Origin: an uncultured Candidatus Saccharibacteria bacterium | GTDB taxonomy: Bacteria; Patescibacteriota; UBA1384; UBA12157; JAENIV01 | NCBI GenBank assembly: GCA_964479405.1 | Contig: CAYZMA010000002.1 | Span: 1-58,129 of the forward strand | Direction of reading: 5' to 3' | Length of the DNA: 58,129 nt | Shown: positions 35,059 to 44,394 of the stretch, one piece after another | Layout: every line of letters starts with the position of its first letter | Position numbering within the stretch: the stretch's first letter is position 1 | Position numbers and translations under genes: made by a program | Notes under the pieces: generated by a model | Told to the model about the DNA's origin: nothing | The model's database searches: none | What the model saw: only the letters and a program-made list of their open reading frames with translations

Positions 35059-36291
35059 ATGGCACTCATTAAAAGACTTATTTTACCTCTTCAATATCTT
35101 ACTATTGGCATTTTTTTTATTTTATTGCCTTTATTATTTTTGTATTGCCGTATAAGATATTTTTTAAAAAGAGTTTTTAAGAAAAAACCCAATATTTTAT
35201 TTTCTTTCTTAGGAATTCAAATTAATTTTTTGACGGCGAAAGCGGTCAAAACCCAAGGGTTTTCAGCAAATGTCTACATGCTTTCTTGCGCACCCTTTGT
35301 GGAAAATATTTGCTGGGGTTTTAATCTTAAAAAACATTTTATTTTAAGATATCTGGTTTATCTTACTGACTATACTTTAATTTTTATCTGGGCGTGTATT
35401 TTTTATGATATTTTTGAGTTTAATTTCCGGGGTGGACTGTTAATGCATTCACATTTACAAAAAATCGAACCCCAATTATTAAAAATATTAGCCAAAAAAG
35501 TGGTTATTTATGGTTATGGGTCAGATTGTAAAATTTTATCTGATGTTAAAAAGCAGGCAAAATACAATAATGCCATGGATCGTGACGGTTCGAGTGAAAA
35601 TATTAACGACAATATTACAAGAAAAAATGTAGAACGGGCTAAGCGCTATGCCAATGTTTTGATTGCTGGTGGTGATCTGATTCATTTTGGATCAAAAGGA
35701 ATTTTTATGCCTTTGGCTTTTGATTTAAAACCTTGGAAATTTAAAGCGCTGAAAAAGAAAAAAATAATTACAATTATTCACTCAACTAATCACAGGAGTC
35801 ATAAAGGTAGTCGATTTATTATTGAAGCAATGGAGAAATTACAAAAAAATGGTTTGCCAATTAACTTTAATTTAATTGAAGGTAAGAGTTATAAAAATTG
35901 TAGAAAATTATATTATCAAGGTGACATTTTTATCACCGATGTTATTACTGGCTGGCATGGTTTGACTGCTTGTGAAGCAATGGCATTAGGTAGACCGGTA
36001 ATTGCTTATTTAAGACCCGATATTAAACCGTTTCATAATTATTATGCTAAAGATATTCCAGTTGTTAGTGCTAACCCTGATAATCTAGAAAAGCAAGTAA
36101 AAAAGTTAGTTAGCGATTTTAAATTAAGACGGGAACTTGGTCAGAGGGGAAGACAATATGTAATTAAATATCACTTCCTTGATTTTGTTGGAGCTTTAAG
36201 AGCTGTGGTTTATGATTTTATTTGGCAAAATAAAAAAATCAATCAAAAGATTTTTGAACAAGAAATAAAAAGAAGAAAAGTGATTGTATGA
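35059..36291 (+). CDS. Membrane-anchored GT-B-like glycosyltransferase, a paralogue of 38736..39710
   Basis: N-terminal hydrophobic helix. HSTNHRSHKGSRFI and ITGWHGLTACEAMALGRPVIAYL are colinear with HAPSNSKVKGTLYV and LIGWYGGLAVEAMAMGKVVMAFL. Confidence 0.5.
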   Translation: MALIKRLILPLQYLTIGIFFILLPLLFLYCRIRYFLKRVFKKKPNILFSFLGIQINFLTAKAVKTQGFSANVYMLSCAPFVENICWGFNLKKHFILRYLVYLTDYTLIFIWACIFYDIFEFNFRGGLLMHSHLQKIEPQLLKILAKKVVIYGYGSDCKILSDVKKQAKYNNAMDRDGSSENINDNITRKNVERAKRYANVLIAGGDLIHFGSKGIFMPLAFDLKPWKFKALKKKKIITIIHSTNHRSHKGSRFIIEAMEKLQKNGLPINFNLIEGKSYKNCRKLYYQGDIFITDVITGWHGLTACEAMALGRPVIAYLRPDIKPFHNYYAKDIPVVSANPDNLEKQVKKLVSDFKLRRELGQRGRQYVIKYHFLDFVGALRAVVYDFIWQNKKINQKIFEQEIKRRKVIV

Positions 36292-37763
36292 AAAAAATAT
36301 CTTTAGAAAAATATTTTGTCGGACTTTCCAAAGACAGTTTAATTTATGGAATGGGAAATGTAGTTTTAAGAGTTTTAACTATTTTTACCGCCCCAATTTT
36401 TACTAGAATTTTTGCGCCACAAGAATACGGTGTTATTAGTTTGATTGCATCTATTATTTCATTCTTGAGTCTGTTTTTAATTTTTGGCATGGATAGCGCT
36501 ATTTTTATTAGTTTTTATGAATACAAAAAAGAAAGAAAATTAATTATTTCCTCGGCATTTTGGTTTTTATTTAGCTGGGGCTTAATCTTAATGTCTTTAG
36601 TAAGTATTTGGTCTGGAAGTATTTCAAATCTTATTTTTAAAACTCCAGTTTATCAACCGTTGTTCTTAATAACATTTTCAACCACTTACTTAACCTTGTT
36701 AATTAATTTAGCCAAAATTGTTTTTCGATTAGAATTTAAGGCTAAAACTTTTGCTATTGTGACTGCCGTTAATGCTTTTGTGGCTACTGGTTTAATGATA
36801 TTTTTTGTTGCGTATCTTAAAAAAGGGTTGATGGGTTATTTTGAAGGTCAGCTCATTGGTATTTTTGTCACAATGCTACTGGCACTGTATCTTATTAGGA
36901 AAAATTTACAATTTAAAGTTAATTTAAAGCGACTTAAAGAAATGGTTCTTTTTGGTGCTATGATTGTGCCGACATCTTTGTCTTTTTTTGTGTTTGATCT
37001 TTCCGACAGATTTTTTATTAATCACTACCGGAATTTAACAGAGCTAGGTCTTTACTCTATTGGCATTAACATTGCTAGTTTGATTGTTTTTTTCTCGTAT
37101 TCGCTTGGGCAAGCTTGGTCGCCACAAGTGTTAAAAATGTATTTTGAAACCAAAAAAGTATTTTATCAATTTGTGCCTCGCTTTTTTGTTTATTATTTGA
37201 TTTTCTTTTTTGGTTTGGCTGCGATCATTTCTCTTTTTGGTCAGGAAATTTTAATAGTTATGACAACGGAAAAATTTTATGCCGCTTCTTTGGTAATTGC
37301 TCCCCTAACATTAGCGATGGTTTTTGCGGCGACAAATCAGATAACATCTTTAGGAATAAATATTTCTCGGCATACAAAGTATTTTGCTTTTTATACAGGG
37401 TTAGCGGCGCTTTTAAATATCGGATTAAACTTTCTTTTAATTCCAAAATTTGGGATGGTTGGTGCTGCTTGGTCAACAGTGATTTCGTATTTATTTTTAA
37501 CAATTGCTTACTTTATTAATAGTCAAAAATTTATTTATCTTAAAATTGATTGGCAAAAAATTATTAAATTGGTAATATTAAGCCTTGCTGTGATACTACT
37601 TGGGTCAAAATTATGGCAATTTGGTTTTTGGAGTAATTTGGCGATTAAATTTTCAGAACTTGGTTTTCTTGTAGTCATGTTGTATTTATTAGGGGTGATT
37701 GAAAAACAAGAAATTGATTATTTAAAAATAATATTGAAAAGATTCTTAAGAAGGAGTGTTTAA
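36288..37763 (+). CDS. wzx: Wzx-like MOP-superfamily polysaccharide flippase (copy 2)
   Basis: 491 aa with about 12-14 hydrophobic segments. The layout matches 6642..8102 (GMGNVVLRVLTIFTAPIFTRIF vs GLGDIATKLITVLILPIFARYL; FGMVGAAWSTVISY vs FGRIGAAWATLGSY). Confidence 0.7.
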   Translation: MKKISLEKYFVGLSKDSLIYGMGNVVLRVLTIFTAPIFTRIFAPQEYGVISLIASIISFLSLFLIFGMDSAIFISFYEYKKERKLIISSAFWFLFSWGLILMSLVSIWSGSISNLIFKTPVYQPLFLITFSTTYLTLLINLAKIVFRLEFKAKTFAIVTAVNAFVATGLMIFFVAYLKKGLMGYFEGQLIGIFVTMLLALYLIRKNLQFKVNLKRLKEMVLFGAMIVPTSLSFFVFDLSDRFFINHYRNLTELGLYSIGINIASLIVFFSYSLGQAWSPQVLKMYFETKKVFYQFVPRFFVYYLIFFFGLAAIISLFGQEILIVMTTEKFYAASLVIAPLTLAMVFAATNQITSLGINISRHTKYFAFYTGLAALLNIGLNFLLIPKFGMVGAAWSTVISYLFLTIAYFINSQKFIYLKIDWQKIIKLVILSLAVILLGSKLWQFGFWSNLAIKFSELGFLVVMLYLLGVIEKQEIDYLKIILKRFLRRSV

Positions 37764-38764
37764 TGACAATTGATGAGATTTATCCAAAATTTAGTAAAAT
37801 GTATCGCAAAGCTCTTGTAACTGGTGGCGCGGGTTTTATTGGTTCGCATATTTGTGAAGAATTAGTAACACGCGGATTTCTGGTTATTTCAATTGATGAT
37901 TATTCGGCGGGTAAAAAAGAAAATCTTAAACACTTAAAAAAATACCAGAATTTTCAAGAAGTAAATTGTGATATTACCGACAAGAAAAAGTTATCACGAT
38001 ATTTTAAAGACGTGGATATTGTTTTCCATAATGCGGCAAGTAAAAAAAGCGTTTGTTTAATTAATCCTTTGAGAGATTTGGAAGTTAATGGCGGAGGGAC
38101 TTTTAGCTTGTTAGAACTAGCAAAAGAAAATAAAATAAAAAAATTTGTTCAAGCTTCTACTGGTTCGGTCTATGGCGAAGCCCTTTATTTTCCCCAAGAT
38201 GAAAATCATTTGACTAATCCCGTTTCTTATTATGGGGTGAGTAAATTAGCTGGTGAAAAATATGTTCAAGTTTTTCATCATCTTTACGGGCTTAATACCA
38301 CGGTTCTACGATATTTTCATGTTTATGGATCCCGTCAAGAATCAAATGAATTTGGCGGAGTGGTAGCCATTTTTATTTGGAATATATTAGAAAATAAAAG
38401 ATCGGTAATTTTTGGCACCGGTCGGCAAGAAAGATCTTTTACTTATGTTGACGATATTATAAAAGTAAATCTTTTAGTGGCAATTAAAAAAGAATCTAAT
38501 GGGCAAATTTATAATTGCGCTTCGGCCATTAAAGTGACTATTAATGAACTTTATAAGTTTGTTAGCGATGGCTTTGGCTATAGCTCAAAACCTATTTATA
38601 AGAATTGGGTCTTGGGTGATATTAAAAAATTTGAAATTGATAATTCTAAACTTTTAAAGCTTGGGATGACTTTTGATAAAAATTTCAAACAAAAATTAAA
38701 TTCAATTATTAAGGAAGCGAAATTACAAATTAAAAATGTCAAAAAAGGACCCCCTAAAAAGTAG
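37763..38764 (+). CDS. NAD-dependent sugar epimerase/dehydratase (extended SDR)
   Basis: VTGGAGFIGSH, STGSVYG, YGVSKLAGE, LRYFHVYG. Confidence 0.85.
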   Translation: MTIDEIYPKFSKMYRKALVTGGAGFIGSHICEELVTRGFLVISIDDYSAGKKENLKHLKKYQNFQEVNCDITDKKKLSRYFKDVDIVFHNAASKKSVCLINPLRDLEVNGGGTFSLLELAKENKIKKFVQASTGSVYGEALYFPQDENHLTNPVSYYGVSKLAGEKYVQVFHHLYGLNTTVLRYFHVYGSRQESNEFGGVVAIFIWNILENKRSVIFGTGRQERSFTYVDDIIKVNLLVAIKKESNGQIYNCASAIKVTINELYKFVSDGFGYSSKPIYKNWVLGDIKKFEIDNSKLLKLGMTFDKNFKQKLNSIIKEAKLQIKNVKKGPPKK

Positions 38765-39710
38765 ACGAATTTTTGTTGGCTTCAATAGCGCTGGCGCCGC
38801 TGGCATCTGGAGTTTTACAAGAGTTCTTAGAAGGAGGGGATACCAAATTGATTTTTACGGCATGGGAGAAATTAGTTTTAATATGCCGGTAGATTTTTTG
38901 TTAAAATTTTCTGATTATCCGTTACGATCATTTATTCAAAGATTTATTTATTTTTTCAAAATATTACCAAAGTATAATGTTTGGCACTTTAATTATATGG
39001 AAGTGTTTTTCTTTTATCCTCTTAATCTTTTAATCCTTAGGATTCTGGGTAAAAAAATTGTATGTACTTTTCGTGGTTCGGAAGTGCGCTCAAAGCTTCG
39101 TATGAAAATATTTTGTTTTTTAGCAGATGAGGTTGTGCTTACTGGTCCGTTTTTAGTAAAGTCTGTTGATCGATATGACATTATTATCCCATATGCCCGT
39201 AATGTCCAAAATTTAATAACACAAACAAATAAATCAAATAATCAAAAATTGACTGTTTTACACGCGCCAAGCAACTCAAAGGTGAAAGGAACACTTTATG
39301 TTGAAAAAGTTTTTAAACATTTGAATAAATTATATCCCCAAGTAGAATTTAAAATTGTTGAAGGGTTAAATCATGACGCTTTATTGAACGAGATGATTAA
39401 AGCCGATATTGTTATTGATCAACTTTTAATTGGTTGGTATGGTGGCTTAGCAGTAGAAGCAATGGCAATGGGTAAAGTAGTGATGGCTTTTTTAGATACA
39501 GACTATTTTCAATTTGTTGATTTCGGTTCAGATTTACCTATAATAAACACAAATATTTGGACTCTTAAAAGAGATTTAGAAATGCTTATCAATCACACTG
39601 AAGATTTCAAACGATTTAGGATTGAAGGAATGAAATTTGCGCGTAAATATCATGACTCTAAAAAAATTGCCGAAAAATACTTAACCATATATCGAGGCTC
39701 TGATGAATAA
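38736..39710 (+). CDS. GT-B-like glycosyltransferase, a paralogue of the C-terminal part of 35059..36291
   Basis: HAPSNSKVKGT and GWYGGLAVEAMAMGKVVMAF. The start is uncertain (29-nt overlap with the upstream gene). Confidence 0.5.
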   Translation: MSKKDPLKSRRIFVGFNSAGAAGIWSFTRVLRRRGYQIDFYGMGEISFNMPVDFLLKFSDYPLRSFIQRFIYFFKILPKYNVWHFNYMEVFFFYPLNLLILRILGKKIVCTFRGSEVRSKLRMKIFCFLADEVVLTGPFLVKSVDRYDIIIPYARNVQNLITQTNKSNNQKLTVLHAPSNSKVKGTLYVEKVFKHLNKLYPQVEFKIVEGLNHDALLNEMIKADIVIDQLLIGWYGGLAVEAMAMGKVVMAFLDTDYFQFVDFGSDLPIINTNIWTLKRDLEMLINHTEDFKRFRIEGMKFARKYHDSKKIAEKYLTIYRGSDE

Positions 39711-41946
39711 AAAAGTTCTTTTTATTTCATATTTTTTTCCGCCAGTTGGCGGGATCGGAAGTCTTAGAATTAGTAAATTTGTAAAATTCCTACCGCAATT
39801 TGACTGGCAAACATATGTTTTAACGGTTAAAAAAGCATTTTATCCAATTGTTGATGAGGATTTGCTTAAAGAAATACCTCCAAGCGTTAAAGTTGTGAAA
39901 ATAAATTATTTTGAACCGGCGTTTTGGTCTAGAAATCGGCTTTGGAGATCTTTTTTAGCTTATGCTTTGTACCCATTAATATTATTTCCTGATCGACAAT
40001 TTTTATGGTTTTTACCAGCTTTAATATCTTCTTACAAAATAGTTAAAGCCAATCATATAAAAGTTATTTTTACCTCTTCCTCTCCAATTTCTAATCATTT
40101 AATTGGATTTTGTCTTAAAAAAATAACAAAAGTTAAATGGGTCGCCGATTTTAGGGACGAATGGACACAAAGTTCTTATCTAAAATTTTTAACTCCAGTT
40201 CATCGGTATTTGGCAGGAATATTAGAAAAACTTATTTTAAAAAATGCCGATCAAATTACTACTGTTTCGGATGGGTTAACAGATTCTTACCAAACAATGC
40301 TTAATAAAAATTCCGAAAAATTTACGACCATTACTAATGGTTTTGACGGCCAAGATTTTTTGAACTTAAATAAAAAATTATCCAAAAATAAATTGGTTTT
40401 AGCTCATGCTGGCTCTCTCTATGGTTCAAGGAAAGCCGATATATTTTTAATAGCTTTTAAAGAATTAAATTTTAAAGATGTTGATTTAAAATTTATAGGA
40501 CTTAAAAAAAGATTATCACATAAGGAGTCACTAGAAGAATTAGCTAAGGCGAATGTCTTATTATTGATTCTCTCGCCGATGGATAATTCTTCGGTAATGA
40601 CAGGTAAAATATTTGAGTATCTTGCTTTGCGTCGGCCGATTTTAGCCCTCGCTCCCGAAAAATCAGGTGCAACCAAACTTATTAAAAAATTAAAAGTTGG
40701 TGAAGTTGTAAATCCAGAAAATAAATTGGAAATTAAAAAAACATTATTAAAAATGTATCAAAAATGGCTCAAAAATGATTTAACAATCCCTAGGGTAAAT
40801 ATAGAACAATATGAGAGAAAAAAATTGACAGGAAATTTAGCTGAATTATTCAATAAATTAATAGAAAAAAATTCAAAAATTAAATTATGTTTGATCGGTA
40901 ATATTCAGTCTTCGCAAAACCAGAGTCTTTGCAATTATTTTGTTAAAAAAGATTATGAGGTTCATTTTATCACTATTAAGCCAGGAAATACTAAAGGAAC
41001 AAAAACTTATTTACTTACAGATAGCAGTTTTACGCCGTGGTATTTTATAAAATCGCTTTATAAAATTAAAAAGATTATTCAAAAAATTAAACCAAATATT
41101 GTTCATGGTCAGGATCTGGTTTTTGCTGGCATTTGGGCATATCTTTCAGGATTTAGACCTTATGTGGTGACGACTTGGGGATCGGATGTTATGAACTATG
41201 ATAAATTTATTAAGACGGAGAAATATTTGATCAGAAAAACTTTACAAAAAGCCGATTTGGTAACAGTTTCGTCAGAAGCTTTACAAAAACAAGCTGAAAA
41301 GATTGGCTTGATTAAAAATAAAGCTCGAATGATTCATTTTGGCATTGATTTAGATATTTTTCGAAAAAAATTTTTGAAATCACCCCGCCAGCCGATGGAT
41401 AAAATTATTTTTTGTCCTCGCACAATTGGGCCAATTTATAACATTGATATTTTAATTTTAGCTTTTGCTACGATAGCCGAAAAAGATAAAAACATTCGTT
41501 TAGCGCTCTTAGAAAATATTGCTGACGAGAATTATCTATTAGAAATTGAAAAATTAATTATCAAATATAATTTGGTTGATAAAGTTATTTTTTGGACAAA
41601 GGTTGATAATCGAAGAATGGTTGATTACTATAATCAAGCAGAGGTAATAGTATCTATTTCTTCTTCAGATGGTTGCAGTGTCTCTTTTTTGGAAGCGATG
41701 GCGTGCGAGAAAAAAATTGTTGCCACCGATTTGCCGTATATTCAAGAATGGAAAAATGGCAAAAATTTATGGCAAGTACCCGTCAGAAATGTAGAAGCGA
41801 CAATTATAGCAATATCAGGCGCTTTAAGATATCCTTTATCAAAGTGGCAGAAACTTGGCGAAGCCAATCGTCGAATGGTTGCCGAAAAAGCCGAAATAAA
41901 TAATAATTTTGAAAAACTAAATAAATTTTATCAATCATTAATTTAA
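39703..41946 (+). CDS. Two-domain glycosyltransferase: N-terminal GT-B (GT4-like) plus a C-terminal GT4-like module shared with 22084..24162
   Basis: N-terminus: VLFISYFFPPVGGIGSLRISKF. C-terminus: IKLCLIGNIQS.., AYLSGFRPYVV, VSFLEAMACEKKIVATDLPYIQEW. Confidence 0.75.
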   Translation: MNKKVLFISYFFPPVGGIGSLRISKFVKFLPQFDWQTYVLTVKKAFYPIVDEDLLKEIPPSVKVVKINYFEPAFWSRNRLWRSFLAYALYPLILFPDRQFLWFLPALISSYKIVKANHIKVIFTSSSPISNHLIGFCLKKITKVKWVADFRDEWTQSSYLKFLTPVHRYLAGILEKLILKNADQITTVSDGLTDSYQTMLNKNSEKFTTITNGFDGQDFLNLNKKLSKNKLVLAHAGSLYGSRKADIFLIAFKELNFKDVDLKFIGLKKRLSHKESLEELAKANVLLLILSPMDNSSVMTGKIFEYLALRRPILALAPEKSGATKLIKKLKVGEVVNPENKLEIKKTLLKMYQKWLKNDLTIPRVNIEQYERKKLTGNLAELFNKLIEKNSKIKLCLIGNIQSSQNQSLCNYFVKKDYEVHFITIKPGNTKGTKTYLLTDSSFTPWYFIKSLYKIKKIIQKIKPNIVHGQDLVFAGIWAYLSGFRPYVVTTWGSDVMNYDKFIKTEKYLIRKTLQKADLVTVSSEALQKQAEKIGLIKNKARMIHFGIDLDIFRKKFLKSPRQPMDKIIFCPRTIGPIYNIDILILAFATIAEKDKNIRLALLENIADENYLLEIEKLIIKYNLVDKVIFWTKVDNRRMVDYYNQAEVIVSISSSDGCSVSFLEAMACEKKIVATDLPYIQEWKNGKNLWQVPVRNVEATIIAISGALRYPLSKWQKLGEANRRMVAEKAEINNNFEKLNKFYQSLI

Positions 41947-41973
41947 TTTTTTAGAAAAATTATTAGGAGAAAG

Positions 41974-43263
41974 ATGGAAAAAATTAATCAAAAACAAACT
42001 TTTGCTATTGTTGGTTTAGGTTATGTTGGATTACCTTTGGCAATCGAGTTTGCTAAAGTGGGTCTGAATGTCATTGGTTTTGATGTTGATACCCAAAGGA
42101 TTACCAAACTTAAAGCTTTTCGTGATTTTAGACAAGAATTTACTGCAAAAGAATTAAAATCTGTGTCCATCCATTACACTAATCGGGCTGATGAACTGCG
42201 AAAGGCATCAGTCATAATTGTTGCTGTGCCCACACCAGTTAACGTGGCCAACCAGCCGGATCTGCAACCTCTCAAGGAAGCAAGTTCTTTGGTGGGAAAA
42301 AATTTAGCTAAAAATACCCTTGTTATTTTTGAATCTACCGTTTATCCAGGTGTAACGGAAGAAATTTGTCAACCGATTATTGAAAAAGAAAGCGGTCTGA
42401 AATGTTCTGATGATTGGCAAATTGGCTATTCGCCGGAACGGATAAATCCTGGCGACAAAGAACATATGCTTGTTAACACGACTAAAATCGTTTCTGGCAA
42501 GGATAAAAAAACTTTAAATAAAATGGTTGAAATTTATTCCCTGATTTGTAAAAATGGACTTCACGAAGCGCCTAATATCAAAACAGCTGAAGCGGCGAAA
42601 GTGATTGAAAATATTCAGCGCGATCTTAACATTGCCTTAATGAATGAATTGTCGCTTTTATTTCATCGAATGGATATTGATACCAATAAAGTTCTAGCCG
42701 CCGCGGGGACAAAATGGAATTTTTTGCCTTTCCGCCCTGGTTTAGTAGGTGGTCATTGTATTGGTGTTGATCCTTACTATTTGACTTATAAAGCCGAAGA
42801 ATTGGGTTACCATACTCAAGTTATCTCTGCCGGACGCCGAATTAATGATTATATGGCGGAATTTGTCGCCGACTTATTAATTACTGGCTTAATTGAGGCG
42901 GGTAAAAATATTCAAAAGGCCAAAGTCCTGGTGATGGGTTTAACTTTCAAAGAGAATCTAGGCGATACTCGTAATTCTAAAATTGCCGCGACAATTAATA
43001 AATTACAAAAATTTGGTCTAAAAGTTTTTGGGATTGATCCATATCTTTCCAAAAGTCGCATTAAAAAAGAATTTCATCTTCAGGCAATTTCTCACCTTTC
43101 TGGTCAATATGAAGCCGTAATTTTGGCGACTCCTCATCGAGAGTTTCTAGATCAAGAAAAAAAGATTTTGGAAATAATTTTGCCAAAAAAGATTTTGATT
43201 GATGTTAAAAATGTTTTTCCTAAACTTAAAACAAAACCAGACCTTATTTATAAAAGTTTGTAA
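41974..43263 (+). CDS. UDP-N-acetylhexosamine 6-dehydrogenase of the TviB/WbpO/VipA type
   Basis: FAIVGLGYVGLPLAIEF, VAVPTPV, ESTVYPGVTEE, GYSPERINPGDK, AEAAKVIENIQRDLNIALMNEL, KWNFLPFRPGLVGGHCIGVDPYYL. Colinear with TviB from memory. Confidence 0.9.
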   Translation: MEKINQKQTFAIVGLGYVGLPLAIEFAKVGLNVIGFDVDTQRITKLKAFRDFRQEFTAKELKSVSIHYTNRADELRKASVIIVAVPTPVNVANQPDLQPLKEASSLVGKNLAKNTLVIFESTVYPGVTEEICQPIIEKESGLKCSDDWQIGYSPERINPGDKEHMLVNTTKIVSGKDKKTLNKMVEIYSLICKNGLHEAPNIKTAEAAKVIENIQRDLNIALMNELSLLFHRMDIDTNKVLAAAGTKWNFLPFRPGLVGGHCIGVDPYYLTYKAEELGYHTQVISAGRRINDYMAEFVADLLITGLIEAGKNIQKAKVLVMGLTFKENLGDTRNSKIAATINKLQKFGLKVFGIDPYLSKSRIKKEFHLQAISHLSGQYEAVILATPHREFLDQEKKILEIILPKKILIDVKNVFPKLKTKPDLIYKSL

Positions 43264-43273
43264 TTGATATCAA

Positions 43274-44389
43274 ATGATAAAAAAAATTTGCATGCTCACA
43301 ACCAGCGAGATTTTTCATGACTCACGAATTCTAAATGAAGCAGAGACCTTAAATAAGAAATATCAAGTAACAATATTGGCTCGTAAATATTCTGGGCAAA
43401 AAAACCAAAATTATAAATTTAAGATTAAACTTATAGATTATTTTAAACTACCATTCTTTCAATTAAACATTTTTTCATCATTTTTTTCTTTAGCTAAAGC
43501 GGCTTTTAAAGAAAACCCCGATATTTATCATGCACATGATCTTGACGGGCTTTTATGTACTATGCCCGCAGCTTTGGTTAAATGCAAGACATTAATTTAT
43601 GATTCTCACGAGTTATGGTCTGATACATACCCTTTTGCTAATCTAAGGGGTATTCAGTGGCTTTTGCCAGTTTTGGAAAAAATATTAATGACAAAAGTCA
43701 GAAGTGGTATTACGGTTAATGACTCTCTGGCAAAAATACTTCACTTAAAATATGGCAAAGATTTTATTTCTCTTTACAATACTCCTACCTTAAAAAAGTT
43801 AACTAAAACCCAATTGAATCTTAAAAAGGAATTTCCTGATAAAAAAATTATTCTTCATCTTGGTGCGGCCGACGAAGGCCGGGGAATGGAGGAGATGATT
43901 GAAGCGGTTAAGTTTCTGCCAAAAAACAATATTATGGTTTTTATTGGTGGTGGAAAAACAGAAAACGAACTGAAAGAACTTATTAAAAAAGAAAATTTGG
44001 CAAAAAAAGTTCACTTTTCTCTAGCAGTACCGCCAGAGCAAATAATTTCAATTGTTAAACAAGCTGATCTGGCTTTGGCGTTGACTCAACCAATTTCTAA
44101 AAGTTATTACTATTCGTTGCCGAATAAAATTTTTCAATATATTGCGGCTGAGACACCGATTTTAGGCAGTAATTTTCCAGAATACAAAAAAATTATACTT
44201 CAAAATAATATTGGCGAAGTGGTAAATCCAGCTAGATCGAAATTAATTGCTCAAAAAATTATCAGTATGACTAAGCCAATTGTCCAGAAGAAATACCGTC
44301 GTAACCTTGTGGGATTGGCTAAAACAAAATATAATTGGTCCATTGAAGAAAAAAAACTTGTCAAGTTCTATCAAAATTTGGTAGATTGA
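43274..44389 (+). CDS. GT4-like glycosyltransferase, a paralogue of 24189..25373
   Basis: See 24189..25373. YHAHDLDGL, LIYDSHELW, YYYSLPNKIFQYIAAETPILGSNFP. Confidence 0.75.
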   Translation: MIKKICMLTTSEIFHDSRILNEAETLNKKYQVTILARKYSGQKNQNYKFKIKLIDYFKLPFFQLNIFSSFFSLAKAAFKENPDIYHAHDLDGLLCTMPAALVKCKTLIYDSHELWSDTYPFANLRGIQWLLPVLEKILMTKVRSGITVNDSLAKILHLKYGKDFISLYNTPTLKKLTKTQLNLKKEFPDKKIILHLGAADEGRGMEEMIEAVKFLPKNNIMVFIGGGKTENELKELIKKENLAKKVHFSLAVPPEQIISIVKQADLALALTQPISKSYYYSLPNKIFQYIAAETPILGSNFPEYKKIILQNNIGEVVNPARSKLIAQKIISMTKPIVQKKYRRNLVGLAKTKYNWSIEEKKLVKFYQNLVD

Positions 44390-44394
44390 ATCTA

